From: an uncultured Alphaproteobacteria bacterium
GTDB taxonomy: Bacteria; Pseudomonadota; Alphaproteobacteria; HIMB59; GCA-002718135
DNA length: 64,000 nt
Assembly (NCBI GenBank): GCA_902614395.1
Contig: CACMKW010000003.1
Span: 36,474-100,473, forward strand
Reading direction: 5' to 3'
The notes below the pieces were generated by a model that did no database searches, was not told the origin of the DNA, and worked only from the letters and a program-made list of their open reading frames with translations. Below are positions 44,974 through 54,864 of this stretch, piece by piece (the stretch's first letter is position 1; every line of letters begins with the position of its first letter). The position numbers and the translations under genes are program-made.

Positions 44974-46806
44974 ATGACGCTTCTTGGACAAGAGATTATT
45001 AAGGCTACATCTAAAACTTTACCAAATCAACCTGGTGTTTACCAAATGCAGGATGATAAAGGTAATATTTTATATATTGGAAAAGCAAAAGTATTATCAA
45101 ATAGGGTAAAGAATTATCTATCTCTAAATAACCTAACCAGAAGAATTCAAAGAATGGTTAGTCTAACTAAATCAATGAACTTTTTTGTTACAAATACAGA
45201 ATTAGAAGCAATCATCCTTGAATGTAATTTAATTAAAAAACATAAGCCAAGATTTAATGTGCTTTTAAGAGATGATAAATCATTCCCTTATATATTTATT
45301 TCTTCAGAACATGATTTTCCTAGAATTGAAAAACATCGTGGTCCACAAACGAAAAAGGGAAGATATTATGGACCATTTGCAAGTCCAGATGCAGTAAATA
45401 GAACTATTAATACAATACAACGAATATTTCTATTAAGATCATGCACAGATAAAGAGGTTAATGCAGGAAATAAATTGTGCTTTAATTATTATCTTAAAAG
45501 ATGTTCTGGTCCTTGCGGAGGAAAAATTACAAAAGAAGCCTATTCAAAATTAATAGAGGCAGCAGACGATTTTCTAAGTAGTGGTAACTCTCAAAAAATA
45601 CAAAAAAATTTTACAGATCAAATGTACAAGGCTTCAAAAATAAATAATTTTGAATTAGCAGCATCTCTAAGAGATAGACTTAAAGCTTTAAAACATATTG
45701 AACAAAATAATTCAATTAAGATTAAAGATATTAAAAATGCTGACATTTTTGCAATAACGTCAAATGAAGGTAAAACATGCATTTATGGAAGTTTTTTTAG
45801 AAATAATACTTCTTATGGTGGTAAAGCTTTCTACCCAGATCATGATAACTTATTGGATCACGAGGAAATAATGTTAGGTTTCTTAAATATATTTTATGCA
45901 GAAAAAGATATTCCTGAAAAAATTATTACTAATATAACTATTGATAAAAATAATAATTCACAAATTTTAGGAAAAAATTTTGATAAAACAAAATTCATTA
46001 AACCATTAAAAGGACCAAAAAAAAATTTACTTAAATTTGCAGAAAAAAATTCTAAAATAAATTTAGATATTAAATTAAATAAACTTAAATCTTTTGATAA
46101 TTTTAATTCAGAAATTAAAAAAATATTTAAACTCAAAGATGAAATTATAAAAATAGAAGCTTACGATAACAGCCATACATTTGGAAAATATCCTATAGGT
46201 GTAATGGTTACCTATAATCAAAATGGATTTATAAAATCAAATTATAGAAAATTTAATATTCGATTTGATCTTGAAGAAAACAAAAATAAAGTTGATGATT
46301 ATTATATGATGAAAGAAATGCTTACTAGGAGATTTAGTAACTCAAAATTTCAAGACGAATTAGATTTGCCAAGTTTGTTGCTTATTGATGGAGGAAAAGG
46401 ACAATATAATTCTGCAAAAAAAGTTTTAGATAGTTTAAAAATAGATATACCAATTATCTCTATGGCAAAAGGTGAGGAAAGAGATGCAGGTAGAGAAATT
46501 CTAATACATGATAAATTTACATATAGATTAAATGAAAATAATCCACTTCTTCATTTTTTGCAAAATATTAGAGATGAGGTTCATAGATTTGCAATAACAA
46601 CTCATCGATCAAAGAGAGCAAAGATGAGCGTCAAATCTGTATTTGATGATATAGAAGGAGTAGGTCCTGAAAGAAAGAAAATTTTAAAAAAACACTTTGG
46701 CACAGTGGAGAAATTAAAATTAGCTAGTTTAGATGAATTAAAAGAGGTTAAATCTATACCTGAGTCAATTCTAACAAAAATTTATGAATATTTTCATAGC
46801 GTTTAA
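44974..46806 (+). CDS. uvrC: excinuclease ABC subunit C
   Basis: GIY-YIG N-terminus GVYQMQDDKGNILYIGKA, with central UvrC and C-terminal HhH regions. 610 aa. Confidence 0.95.
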   Translation: MTLLGQEIIKATSKTLPNQPGVYQMQDDKGNILYIGKAKVLSNRVKNYLSLNNLTRRIQRMVSLTKSMNFFVTNTELEAIILECNLIKKHKPRFNVLLRDDKSFPYIFISSEHDFPRIEKHRGPQTKKGRYYGPFASPDAVNRTINTIQRIFLLRSCTDKEVNAGNKLCFNYYLKRCSGPCGGKITKEAYSKLIEAADDFLSSGNSQKIQKNFTDQMYKASKINNFELAASLRDRLKALKHIEQNNSIKIKDIKNADIFAITSNEGKTCIYGSFFRNNTSYGGKAFYPDHDNLLDHEEIMLGFLNIFYAEKDIPEKIITNITIDKNNNSQILGKNFDKTKFIKPLKGPKKNLLKFAEKNSKINLDIKLNKLKSFDNFNSEIKKIFKLKDEIIKIEAYDNSHTFGKYPIGVMVTYNQNGFIKSNYRKFNIRFDLEENKNKVDDYYMMKEMLTRRFSNSKFQDELDLPSLLLIDGGKGQYNSAKKVLDSLKIDIPIISMAKGEERDAGREILIHDKFTYRLNENNPLLHFLQNIRDEVHRFAITTHRSKRAKMSVKSVFDDIEGVGPERKKILKKHFGTVEKLKLASLDELKEVKSIPESILTKIYEYFHSV

Positions 46807-46833
46807 AAAATTCTTCATCTACAAAGAATACAA

Positions 46834-47376
46834 ATGAATATATCAAATATTCTAACAATAATTAGAATAGCTATAATTCCAATTATAGTTCTTTGTATAT
46901 ATCTTACGAATCCATATTTTGGTTGGATAGCCTTTATATTATTTTGTTTAGCTGGAATAACAGATTACTTTGATGGTTATTTAGCTAGACTAAGAAATGA
47001 AGTGACAAACTTTGGAACATTTTTAGATCCAATTGCAGATAAATTATTAGTAGCGGCAGTTATTCTTATTTTAACTTCTAAGGGTGTAATAAAAGACTGG
47101 GATACTATTCCAGCCCTAATAATATTATTAAGAGAAATAACAGTATCAGGTTTAAGAGAATACTTAGCTGGGATAAAAATTAGTATACCGGTTTCAAGAA
47201 TTGCAAAAGCAAAAACCTTCCTTCAACTAGCTGCACTTGGATTACTTATATTATCTGAGAGTAATCTTAATTTATTATTTATTATTTATTTAGGTAAGAC
47301 TTTTCTGTGGATTGCTGGAATTCTAACTCTCTATACTGCCTATGATTATATTAAAGGATCAATAAAACATTTTTAA
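46834..47376 (+). CDS. pgsA: CDP-diacylglycerol--glycerol-3-phosphate 3-phosphatidyltransferase
   Basis: CDP-alcohol phosphatidyltransferase motif DYFDGYLAR...GTFLDPIADK. 180 aa membrane protein. Confidence 0.85.
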   Translation: MNISNILTIIRIAIIPIIVLCIYLTNPYFGWIAFILFCLAGITDYFDGYLARLRNEVTNFGTFLDPIADKLLVAAVILILTSKGVIKDWDTIPALIILLREITVSGLREYLAGIKISIPVSRIAKAKTFLQLAALGLLILSESNLNLLFIIYLGKTFLWIAGILTLYTAYDYIKGSIKHF

Positions 47377-47377
47377 A

Positions 47378-47623
47378 ATGAGAATTCGATATTTTGCTTG
47401 GATTAAGGATATAACAAATAAAGATGACGACGTAATTGATATAAATCACCCTAAAACTATACAAGAATTAAAAAAATATTTAGAAAATTTGTATCCTGAG
47501 CTAAGAAAACATTTTTTACAAGACGTTTTAAGATTTGCAGTTAATCAGGAATATGTTTCAGAAAATTTGAGTTTAAATCCAATTGATGAAATTGCAATAT
47601 TTCCACCAGTTAGCGGTGGGTGA
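47378..47623 (+). CDS. moaD: molybdopterin synthase sulfur-carrier subunit
   Basis: 81 aa with C-terminal PPVSGG. It overlaps moaE by 4 nt. Confidence 0.8.
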   Translation: MRIRYFAWIKDITNKDDDVIDINHPKTIQELKKYLENLYPELRKHFLQDVLRFAVNQEYVSENLSLNPIDEIAIFPPVSGG

Positions 47624-48039
47624 TGATAAAAATACAAAAAAAAAATTTTAATTTAGAAGAAGAAATAGATAAAATTAAAAATAAACATTCAGACATAGGG
47701 GCACAAACTTCTTTTGTTGGTTATGTAAGAGATTTAAACAATAATAAAGATGTTAAATATTTAAATTTAGAAGTTTACGAAGAAATGGCATTTAAAGAGT
47801 TGTCAAAAATTGAAAATAATGCATTAAAAAAATGGAGCTTAATTGATACTTTAATCATCCATAGATATGGAAAACTAAATGTTAACGAAAAAATAGTTTT
47901 AGTTAGTTGTTTTTCACAACATAGAAAAGATAGTTTTAATGCTTGTGAGTTTATTATGGATTATTTAAAGAAAGATGCACCATTCTGGAAAAATGAATTT
48001 TATTATAAAGATGATGAATGGTTAGAAAATTCTAAATAG
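47620..48039 (+). CDS. moaE: molybdopterin synthase catalytic subunit
   Basis: GAQTSFVGYVRD, HRYG.L, APFWKNE. 139 aa. Confidence 0.85.
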   Translation: MMIKIQKKNFNLEEEIDKIKNKHSDIGAQTSFVGYVRDLNNNKDVKYLNLEVYEEMAFKELSKIENNALKKWSLIDTLIIHRYGKLNVNEKIVLVSCFSQHRKDSFNACEFIMDYLKKDAPFWKNEFYYKDDEWLENSK

Positions 48040-48943
48040 AATTTTTAACCATATCACTAAAATCATTCATAAATTTGAAAGTAGTTGTATTATCTCCTGT
48101 ATTATATTTAAAATCATCAATTGATCTAATAGGAGTAATTTCAGCAGCTGTTCCCGTTAAAAAAGCCTCATCATAATTTCCTATTTCATCAGGCATTATA
48201 TGTTTTTCTGTTATTTTAAATCCTTGATTAGATGCCATTTCAATGACCGTTTGACGTGTAATCCCGTTAAGAAAACAGTCTGGAATAGGAGTATGAATAT
48301 TACTATCTTTAATAAAAAAAATATTTGCTCCTGTACCTTCAGCAACATAACCTCGATAATCTAACATCAAAGCATCGTGATAACCTTTATTTTCTGCAAA
48401 TTCTTTTGACAAAGTACAAATGATATAAGGTCCAGAAGCTTTTGCTTCATATGGAGCTGTATTCGGTGCAGGTCTTTTCCAAGGTGATGTAATTAATTTT
48501 AAACCAGCTTTTTGATCTTCAATTTTAAAATAAGTTGCCCAGTCATCCCAAACAGCAATCGCTACGTTTATATTTGATTTAGTTGTTGATAATCCCATCT
48601 GATCTCCACCTCTCCAAGCAAGTGGTCTAACATAACAATTTTTGTAATTCATTTTATCAATGAGATCATATTTTGCTTTATTAATTTGATCATGTGTGAA
48701 AGGAATTTCCATTCCAATTATTTCAGCAGATTTAAAAAACCTTTTAGTATGTTGCTCTGATTTAAAAATCTTTCCATTATAAGCTCTCTCACCTTCAAAA
48801 ACAGCGCTTGCATAATGAAGTCCTTGAGAGATTATATGAGAATTTGCATCCTGCCATGGTATTATTTTACCATTCATCCAGATCCATCCATCTCTATTTT
48901 CAAATGATTTAAGCATATCCTTTATTAACTTTTTTAATGACAA
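48032..48943 (-). CDS. ilvE: branched-chain amino acid aminotransferase (fold type IV)
   Basis: FEGERAY, EGTGANIFF, NGITRQ, LTGTAAEITPI. The ORF-track start is TTG, and an internal ATG (MLKSFENRDGWIWMNG) is also possible. Confidence 0.85.
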   Translation of the reverse strand: MSLKKLIKDMLKSFENRDGWIWMNGKIIPWQDANSHIISQGLHYASAVFEGERAYNGKIFKSEQHTKRFFKSAEIIGMEIPFTHDQINKAKYDLIDKMNYKNCYVRPLAWRGGDQMGLSTTKSNINVAIAVWDDWATYFKIEDQKAGLKLITSPWKRPAPNTAPYEAKASGPYIICTLSKEFAENKGYHDALMLDYRGYVAEGTGANIFFIKDSNIHTPIPDCFLNGITRQTVIEMASNQGFKITEKHIMPDEIGNYDEAFLTGTAAEITPIRSIDDFKYNTGDNTTTFKFMNDFSDMVKNSI

Positions 48944-48974
48944 TTGACTATCAGTGATGCATAATTAAGTCAAT

Positions 48975-49460
48975 ATGGCTGACCTAAATAAGTTGTTAAC
49001 ACCACTGTTTTTAAACGAAGGTGAGATAAGAAAGATTATAGAGCTATTATTTTTTTCATATAGAGACTTTACAGAAGGCCCTGATAAAATTTTAGAGAAG
49101 ATAAATTTCGGTAGAGCACATCATAGAGTAATATATTTTGTTGGTAAGCAAAAAAATCTTACAATAAAAGAACTTTTGTCCATATTAAAAATTACTAAAC
49201 AAAGTCTATCAAGAGTATTAAATCAACTTGTTAAGGAGAAATATATTATTTTATCAGTAGGAGATGATAAACGAACAAAGAAACTGATTTTATCAAAAAA
49301 AGGTCAAGAACTAGAAAAAAATTTATCAGAAATTCAAATAAAGAAAATCAGAAAAGTTTTATTAAACTTTAATGAAATAGACATAAATGGTTTTAAAAAA
49401 ATTCTTTATGAGATGGTTGAAGATTCAAATAAAAAAAAGTTTGATGAAATAAATAATTAA
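48975..49460 (+). CDS. MarR-family transcriptional regulator
   Basis: Winged-helix segment LTIKELLSILKITKQSLSRVLNQLVKEKYI...DDKRTKKLILSKKG. 161 aa. Confidence 0.6.
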   Translation: MADLNKLLTPLFLNEGEIRKIIELLFFSYRDFTEGPDKILEKINFGRAHHRVIYFVGKQKNLTIKELLSILKITKQSLSRVLNQLVKEKYIILSVGDDKRTKKLILSKKGQELEKNLSEIQIKKIRKVLLNFNEIDINGFKKILYEMVEDSNKKKFDEINN

Positions 49461-49461
49461 T

Positions 49462-50142
49462 ATGAAAAAAAATATTTTGATTGTCGATGATGATAAAAGA
49501 CTAAGAGAATTACTAAAAGACTATTTAAGAGAAAAAAGTTTAGAAATTTATCTTAGTGAGGATTATGATGAAGCCAAAGATATTTTATCAATTGCTATAT
49601 TTGATTTGATTATTCTTGACAGAATGATGCCAAGTGGTGATGGCATTAAGTTAATTGATCATATAAAACAGTTTTCTAATACGCCAATAATAATGCTTAC
49701 AGCAATGGGTGAAGATAAGGATAAAATTGATGGATTAAAAATTGGTGCTGATGATTATCTATCAAAACCATTTGAACCAGAAGAATTATTTTTAAGAATT
49801 AAAAAATTACTAGATTTATTTGGAAACCTTAAGGTTAAAAAAGTAAAGATTACATTTGGTGAATTTACTTTTGATACATCAAATTTCAAACTACAAAAAA
49901 AAGATAAATCAATTTATTTAACTGAAGGTGAGAATAATTTACTTATGAAGCTGATTAATAAAAGAAACAATATTGTGCTAAGGGAAGAATTAGCAGATCA
50001 AGAATTTGATGAAACAGAACTAAGAAAAGTTGATGTTCAAGTTACACGTTTGAGGCAAAAAATTGAAATAAATGCAAAACAACCTCAGTATATTAAAACC
50101 ATAAGAGGAAAAGGATATAAATTAATTTGTAATGAAATTTAA
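49462..50142 (+). CDS. OmpR-family response regulator
   Basis: Receiver domain (IVDDD, LIILDRMMP, LTA, K in YLSKPF) and a winged-helix output domain (VQVTRLRQKIE, TIRGKGYKL). Confidence 0.9.
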   Translation: MKKNILIVDDDKRLRELLKDYLREKSLEIYLSEDYDEAKDILSIAIFDLIILDRMMPSGDGIKLIDHIKQFSNTPIIMLTAMGEDKDKIDGLKIGADDYLSKPFEPEELFLRIKKLLDLFGNLKVKKVKITFGEFTFDTSNFKLQKKDKSIYLTEGENNLLMKLINKRNNIVLREELADQEFDETELRKVDVQVTRLRQKIEINAKQPQYIKTIRGKGYKLICNEI

Positions 50143-51434
50143 TGATTAAAAAAATAATACCTACTACCTTAATTGGAAGATCAATAATTATAATTTTCGT
50201 CCCTATAATTATTATAGTTTTACTTACTTCATTTGTATTTTACCAAACATCATGGAGTATTATTTCTAAGAGATTAACTGAATCTGTAGCTGCAGATATC
50301 AATGTTTTAGTTAAATTAATTGATAGTGATCTTACTAATAATGCACTTAATGTAGCGAATCAGGATTTCAAAATGAAAATAAATATCGTTAAAGATAAAG
50401 AATTATTATCTTCAAAATTAAATCTAAACTCAGGCATATTATCTAAAAGATTAAATCAATCCTTAAGTAATTTAAAAAAAAAATTTGATTATGATTTATC
50501 TAATCTTGAAGAAGGTGTTCTAATATATATTCAAATTGATAAAGATATTTTAGAAATTATTGTAGATAAGGATAGACTGTACAGTGAATCTGCTTTTGTG
50601 TTTCTTCTATGGATGATATTTGCCTCTATAATTCTTTTTTTTATGTCTTATTTTTTAATGAGCAGACAATTAAGGCCTCTTAAAAGGTTGGCTATAATTG
50701 CCGAAACCTTTGGAAGAGGTTTAGATGCACCAGATATTAAGACTGCAGGAGCATATGAAATAAGACAAACGGCTAATGCTTTTAATCAGATGAGAACAAG
50801 AATTAAAAGATTTTTAAAACAAAGAACAGAAATGCTTGCAGGAGTTAGTCATGACCTTAGAACACCATTAACAAGAATGAAACTTCAAATTTCATTGATG
50901 AAAGATGAAAAGGCAAAATCTGAACTCGAAGCAGATGTTAATGAAATGACGTCAATGTTGGATAGCTATGTTAGTTTTGTAAAAACAGAATCACCTGAAC
51001 CAATTGAAAATATTGTTATAAATGAATTAATTTCTGATATTATTAAGACAGTTGACAAAAATAATATTGACTTAGTTTTAAATGAAAAGACCATAATTCA
51101 ATCATCAGGAAGACAAATTCAGCTTAAAAGAGCATTCAATAATATAATTGATAATTCACAAAGATATGCAAAAAAAATTGAGATAAATCTCTATAAAAAT
51201 GAAAAAGATTGTGTGATTGAATTCAATGATGATGGTGAGGGTATACCAAGAGATAAATATGAAGATGTATTTAAACCATTTTTTACTTTAGATCCCTCTA
51301 GGAATAAACTCAAAGGAGAAAGCGGTTTAGGATTAACTATTACAAGGGATATTATTAGATCACATGGAGGTGATGTTAAATTATCTGAATCAAATCTAGG
51401 AGGTCTTCAACTTAAAGTTTTACTTCCTCTTTGA
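50142..51434 (+). CDS. EnvZ-like sensor histidine kinase
   Basis: Two TM segments, a HAMP region, H-box VSHDLRTPLT, N-box NNIIDNSQRYA, G-boxes DDGEGIP and GLGLTI. Confidence 0.9.
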   Translation: MIKKIIPTTLIGRSIIIIFVPIIIIVLLTSFVFYQTSWSIISKRLTESVAADINVLVKLIDSDLTNNALNVANQDFKMKINIVKDKELLSSKLNLNSGILSKRLNQSLSNLKKKFDYDLSNLEEGVLIYIQIDKDILEIIVDKDRLYSESAFVFLLWMIFASIILFFMSYFLMSRQLRPLKRLAIIAETFGRGLDAPDIKTAGAYEIRQTANAFNQMRTRIKRFLKQRTEMLAGVSHDLRTPLTRMKLQISLMKDEKAKSELEADVNEMTSMLDSYVSFVKTESPEPIENIVINELISDIIKTVDKNNIDLVLNEKTIIQSSGRQIQLKRAFNNIIDNSQRYAKKIEINLYKNEKDCVIEFNDDGEGIPRDKYEDVFKPFFTLDPSRNKLKGESGLGLTITRDIIRSHGGDVKLSESNLGGLQLKVLLPL

Positions 51435-51436
51435 TT

Positions 51437-51784
51437 TTAAAATAGTTTACCCCCATTATTTACTGGTCTATCTGGAGACAATAAAACTGGTTCATTTTCT
51501 AAATCTGGCACACCAAGAACTAATACTTCTGAAATAATTTTACCAATTTGTTTAGGTTCAAAGTTTACAACAGCAATAACTTGCTTATTAATTAATTCAT
51601 TACTTTTATAATATTTTTGTAATTGTGCAGAAGTTTTTTTTATACCAATTTTTTCACCAAAATCTATTTTCAAAATTATGGATGGTTTTTTAAGTTCATT
51701 ATATTCATAGGCTTCAATTACTGTTCCTATTCTTATATCTACATTTTCAAATTCATTGTAATTTATAATATTATAAGAGCTCAT
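51437..51784 (-). CDS. tRNA-binding (CsaA/EMAP-type OB-fold) protein
   Basis: VDIRIGTVIEA...ILKIDFGEKIG.KK.SAQL..YY....LI.K.V.AVVNFEPKQIG...SEVLVLG pattern. 115 aa. Confidence 0.65.
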   Translation of the reverse strand: MSSYNIINYNEFENVDIRIGTVIEAYEYNELKKPSIILKIDFGEKIGIKKTSAQLQKYYKSNELINKQVIAVVNFEPKQIGKIISEVLVLGVPDLENEPVLLSPDRPVNNGGKLF

Positions 51785-52317
51785 GAAAATTTTATAAATT
51801 TTTCAATATTGTTTAAATATTTATCTAAGACACTCATTGTTTTTTCTAAACTTTCATTTTCATCATTAAACCAAGTAAATAGAGTTATATAATAAAGCGC
51901 AAAAATAATTTTTATCTTTATAACACCTTGAATACCACTAGGATTAATATTTGCAAAAGTAGCAATTAAAATTTTGCTCTCAATTAGTTTAGGAATAAGT
52001 TTTAATACTCCTTGTGGTTTAGAAATAAAATAACTAATTATATTTTTTACAGAAGCTCTATATTCATTCAATATATCATAACGTGCCATCATAATTTCAA
52101 ATAACATATCTCTCTGTGATGACTTTTCTATATTAACAAGATTTTTTTTTAATTGAAAATCAAAGAAGTCATTAATATTTAAGACTAAATCAATTTTATT
52201 ATTAATATTTGTCACTTTACTATTAGATAAAATATTTTTAAGATTAATGTCTATTAATTTTTTTTTCTCTAAATATTGTAAAGTCTTTTTTGCTAGAGAT
52301 ATTTTATTTTGATTCAC
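51781..52317 (-). CDS. COQ9 / rpsU-divergently-transcribed family protein (putative)
   Basis: The C-terminal segment ALYYITLFTWFNDENESLEKTMSVLDKYLNNIEKF resembles the family's conserved ...W..D.S.....T...LD..L pattern. This is recalled from memory and weak. Confidence 0.4.
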   Translation of the reverse strand: MNQNKISLAKKTLQYLEKKKLIDINLKNILSNSKVTNINNKIDLVLNINDFFDFQLKKNLVNIEKSSQRDMLFEIMMARYDILNEYRASVKNIISYFISKPQGVLKLIPKLIESKILIATFANINPSGIQGVIKIKIIFALYYITLFTWFNDENESLEKTMSVLDKYLNNIEKFIKFS

Positions 52318-53129
52318 TTACTTTCACCTTGTTGTTTTGCTCTTTTGTATGCTGCCTTAAAAACTTGATTAAAAATATTATCAACCTTATTTATTTTCAT
52401 TTTCTTGATTCCTGCTTCGGTTGTACCTCCTTTAGTTGCAACAGTTTCAACCATTTTTTCAGCAGAAATATTATTAGAGTTTAATAGATTTATAGAACCT
52501 CTAAAAGTTTCATTAATTAAAATTTTAGCTGTGTTTTTGGAAAAACCCAAATAAATTGCAGATTTTTCCATAATATCAATTAACTGAAATATGAAACCTG
52601 GACCACTTCCTGATACAGCAGTTGCTTTGTCTATAAAAGTTTCACTATTAAAAAAAAGAGTTTTGCCACTCAGAGAGAACAATTTATCAATCTCATTAAT
52701 TTCTTTTTTATTAATAGATTTATTTGCATAGATGCAATGAACTCCCTCTCCTATTAATGCGGGCATATTTGGCATCACTCTTACAGTTTTGTTTATATTT
52801 AATAAATTATTTTTAAATATTTCTGTTTTTTTGCCAGCTATTACACTTATTGCTATAGATTTTTTGTTAAAATTTACATTTTTTAATTCTTTAAAGACAT
52901 TTGTTAATTCAAGAGGTCGCGTTGCAAATATTATAAAATCAAAATTATTTTGATCGTTTATATCGTTAAATGATTTAAAAAATTTTATTTTCTTATTTCT
53001 ATTTCTTTTTTTAAGAATTGCATATTTTTTTTTATCTATAACACTGATGGTGTAATTCTTGGAGTTAGACCATCCAGACATTAGAGATCCGCCCATGTGA
53101 CCACATCCGATTAATAAGATATTTTTCAT
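52314..53129 (-). CDS. proC: pyrroline-5-carboxylate reductase
   Basis: N-terminal Rossmann LIGCGHMGGSL. C-terminal ATKGGTTEAG. 271 aa. Confidence 0.85.
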   Translation of the reverse strand: MKNILLIGCGHMGGSLMSGWSNSKNYTISVIDKKKYAILKKRNRNKKIKFFKSFNDINDQNNFDFIIFATRPLELTNVFKELKNVNFNKKSIAISVIAGKKTEIFKNNLLNINKTVRVMPNMPALIGEGVHCIYANKSINKKEINEIDKLFSLSGKTLFFNSETFIDKATAVSGSGPGFIFQLIDIMEKSAIYLGFSKNTAKILINETFRGSINLLNSNNISAEKMVETVATKGGTTEAGIKKMKINKVDNIFNQVFKAAYKRAKQQGESK

Positions 53130-53161
53130 CTATCTATAATATAGCAGTTTTAAAATAAAAT

Positions 53162-53650
53162 TTAAGCTCTACCAATAACTTCAAAATTAGAGAATTTTAT
53201 AGCTTCTTTAGGCGGAATATCATCAAAGAGAACTTGCTGAAAACTTGGATAAAATTTTTCACATTCATAAATTCCAATATCAACAAGATCTTCAAATTTT
53301 TTGTGCAATGTTTCTGTTGAATTATTTGATAATAAAGTATGTCTAAAAGCTGGGATACCATTTTTACTTGTTATATCAAAATGCCCAATCCATAAATTCT
53401 CATTTATAAGTCCTAGTAGTTCGTACGCCTTATTAATTTTAGTTTGAGGAAACTTAATATCAAAAGTTATTGAAAAACTTAGCGCGTTAATATTTTCAGA
53501 CCATGTAAAATATAATCTGTAAGCGCACCAATGGGATGCTATCTCAGCAACCAATTCATGATCGGCAGCTCTACTAAAGTTCCATTTTTTTTGATGAATA
53601 ACATCTTCAATGATATCTATGGGATTTAACAATATATTCTCATTTTCCAT
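53162..53650 (-). CDS. YbjN-domain protein (putative)
   Basis: 162 aa. Size, composition and position upstream of proC match the usual alphaproteobacterial YbjN-proC arrangement as I recall it. Confidence 0.45.
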   Translation of the reverse strand: MENENILLNPIDIIEDVIHQKKWNFSRAADHELVAEIASHWCAYRLYFTWSENINALSFSITFDIKFPQTKINKAYELLGLINENLWIGHFDITSKNGIPAFRHTLLSNNSTETLHKKFEDLVDIGIYECEKFYPSFQQVLFDDIPPKEAIKFSNFEVIGRA

Positions 53651-53758
53651 ACACTATATAGTCATGGCACATATAATTAGTACTATATCTTGATTACTAG
53701 ATTGGAGTCGTATTTTGCAAGGCAAAATCTATGAAAAATGTGAATTAGTTGAGGATTC

Positions 53759-54049
53759 CTACCTTTTTGATTTCTTTTTAACAGTTTTTTTCTTTTTGAC
53801 TGTTTTTTTCTTAGATTTAACTGATCTTAAAGGTGTCTTTTTTAATTTTTCATTTTCCATTATAACTTTTTGCACCATTTTTTTCAGTGCATCGAATTCA
53901 TCTTTTTTAACGAGGTTCATTTTTTTTATTATTTTGTTAACTCGTAAAGATACAATTGTTTCAATTTCCTCTTTGACACCCGAAAAAGTGCTCATAGCAT
54001 CAACTGCAAATTTTGATAAATCGGAAAGTATTTTGTTTCTATCAACCAT
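53759..54049 (-). CDS. ubiK: UbiK/BMFP-family accessory factor with Lys-rich tail
   Basis: MVDRNKILSDLSKFAVDAMSTFSGVKEEIE...MNLVKKDEFDALKKMV..L..E...L is the typical family pattern. I prefer it over the antisense ORF at 53715-54056, which is F/L/T-rich low-complexity. Confidence 0.6.
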   Translation of the reverse strand: MVDRNKILSDLSKFAVDAMSTFSGVKEEIETIVSLRVNKIIKKMNLVKKDEFDALKKMVQKVIMENEKLKKTPLRSVKSKKKTVKKKKTVKKKSKR

Positions 54050-54072
54050 GTTATAATATTAAATATAGATAA

Positions 54073-54864
54073 ATGAATTTTATTCAACCATCAATAGATC
54101 CTGTCATCTTATCAATGGGTTTCATTGAAATAAGATGGTATAGCTTAGCATATATCTTGGGATTTCTATTAGGAATTTATATTATTAAAAGATTAAACGC
54201 AATTTATGGAAATCAATACAGTGATAAAAATATAGATAGCTTTCTTATTTGGGCAGTATTAGGTGTAATTATTGGAGGACGAACAGGTTATGTTATTTTT
54301 TATCAACTTAATGAATTTTTAACTAATCCTTTTTATCTATTTGAAATTTGGAATGGAGGAATGTCATTTCATGGTGGGTTGATGGGTATAATAATAAGCA
54401 CTTTAATTTTCGCAAAAATTAATAGAAAAAGTTTTTTCTATCTATCTGATTTAGTTTCAATCGTTGCTCCTATTGGATTATTCTTTGGTAGAATTGCAAA
54501 CTTTATTAATACAGAGCTCATAGGTAGACCAACTGATTTTTATATATCAGTTATTTATCCATCAATAGATAATATACCAAGACATCCTTCTCAAATATAT
54601 GAAGCTTTTCTTGAGGGAATTGTTTTATTTCTTATATTATTAATCTATTTTTATAAGATAAAAAAATACAAAATTTACGGAGTAATTAGTGGTCTATTTT
54701 TAATATTTTATTCCACATTTAGATTTTTAATTGAATACGTCAGAGAACCAGATTTGCACCTAGGATTATTTTTTAATTTTATTTCAATGGGTCAAATACT
54801 ATGTATACCTTTTTTTATTTTTGGAATATTGATAATTCAAAATGTTAAGCAAAAGAAAAATTAA
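54073..54864 (+). CDS. lgt: prolipoprotein diacylglyceryl transferase
   Basis: IRWYSLAYILGF, GGMSFHGGL, GRIANFINTELIGRPT, HPSQIYEA. Confidence 0.9.
   Translation: MNFIQPSIDPVILSMGFIEIRWYSLAYILGFLLGIYIIKRLNAIYGNQYSDKNIDSFLIWAVLGVIIGGRTGYVIFYQLNEFLTNPFYLFEIWNGGMSFHGGLMGIIISTLIFAKINRKSFFYLSDLVSIVAPIGLFFGRIANFINTELIGRPTDFYISVIYPSIDNIPRHPSQIYEAFLEGIVLFLILLIYFYKIKKYKIYGVISGLFLIFYSTFRFLIEYVREPDLHLGLFFNFISMGQILCIPFFIFGILIIQNVKQKKN

Noticed and set aside
53759-53830. Tandem repeat in DNA encoding KKKTVKKKKTVKKK
   Set aside because: This is a short duplication within a Lys-rich C-terminal tail of the UbiK-like protein. It is low-complexity coding sequence, not a structural repeat element.
53715-54056. 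113-aa plus-strand ORF overlapping the UbiK-like gene
   Set aside because: The translation is F/L/T-rich low-complexity, the mirror of a Lys-rich tail. The minus-strand frame gives a recognisable UbiK/BMFP-type protein.
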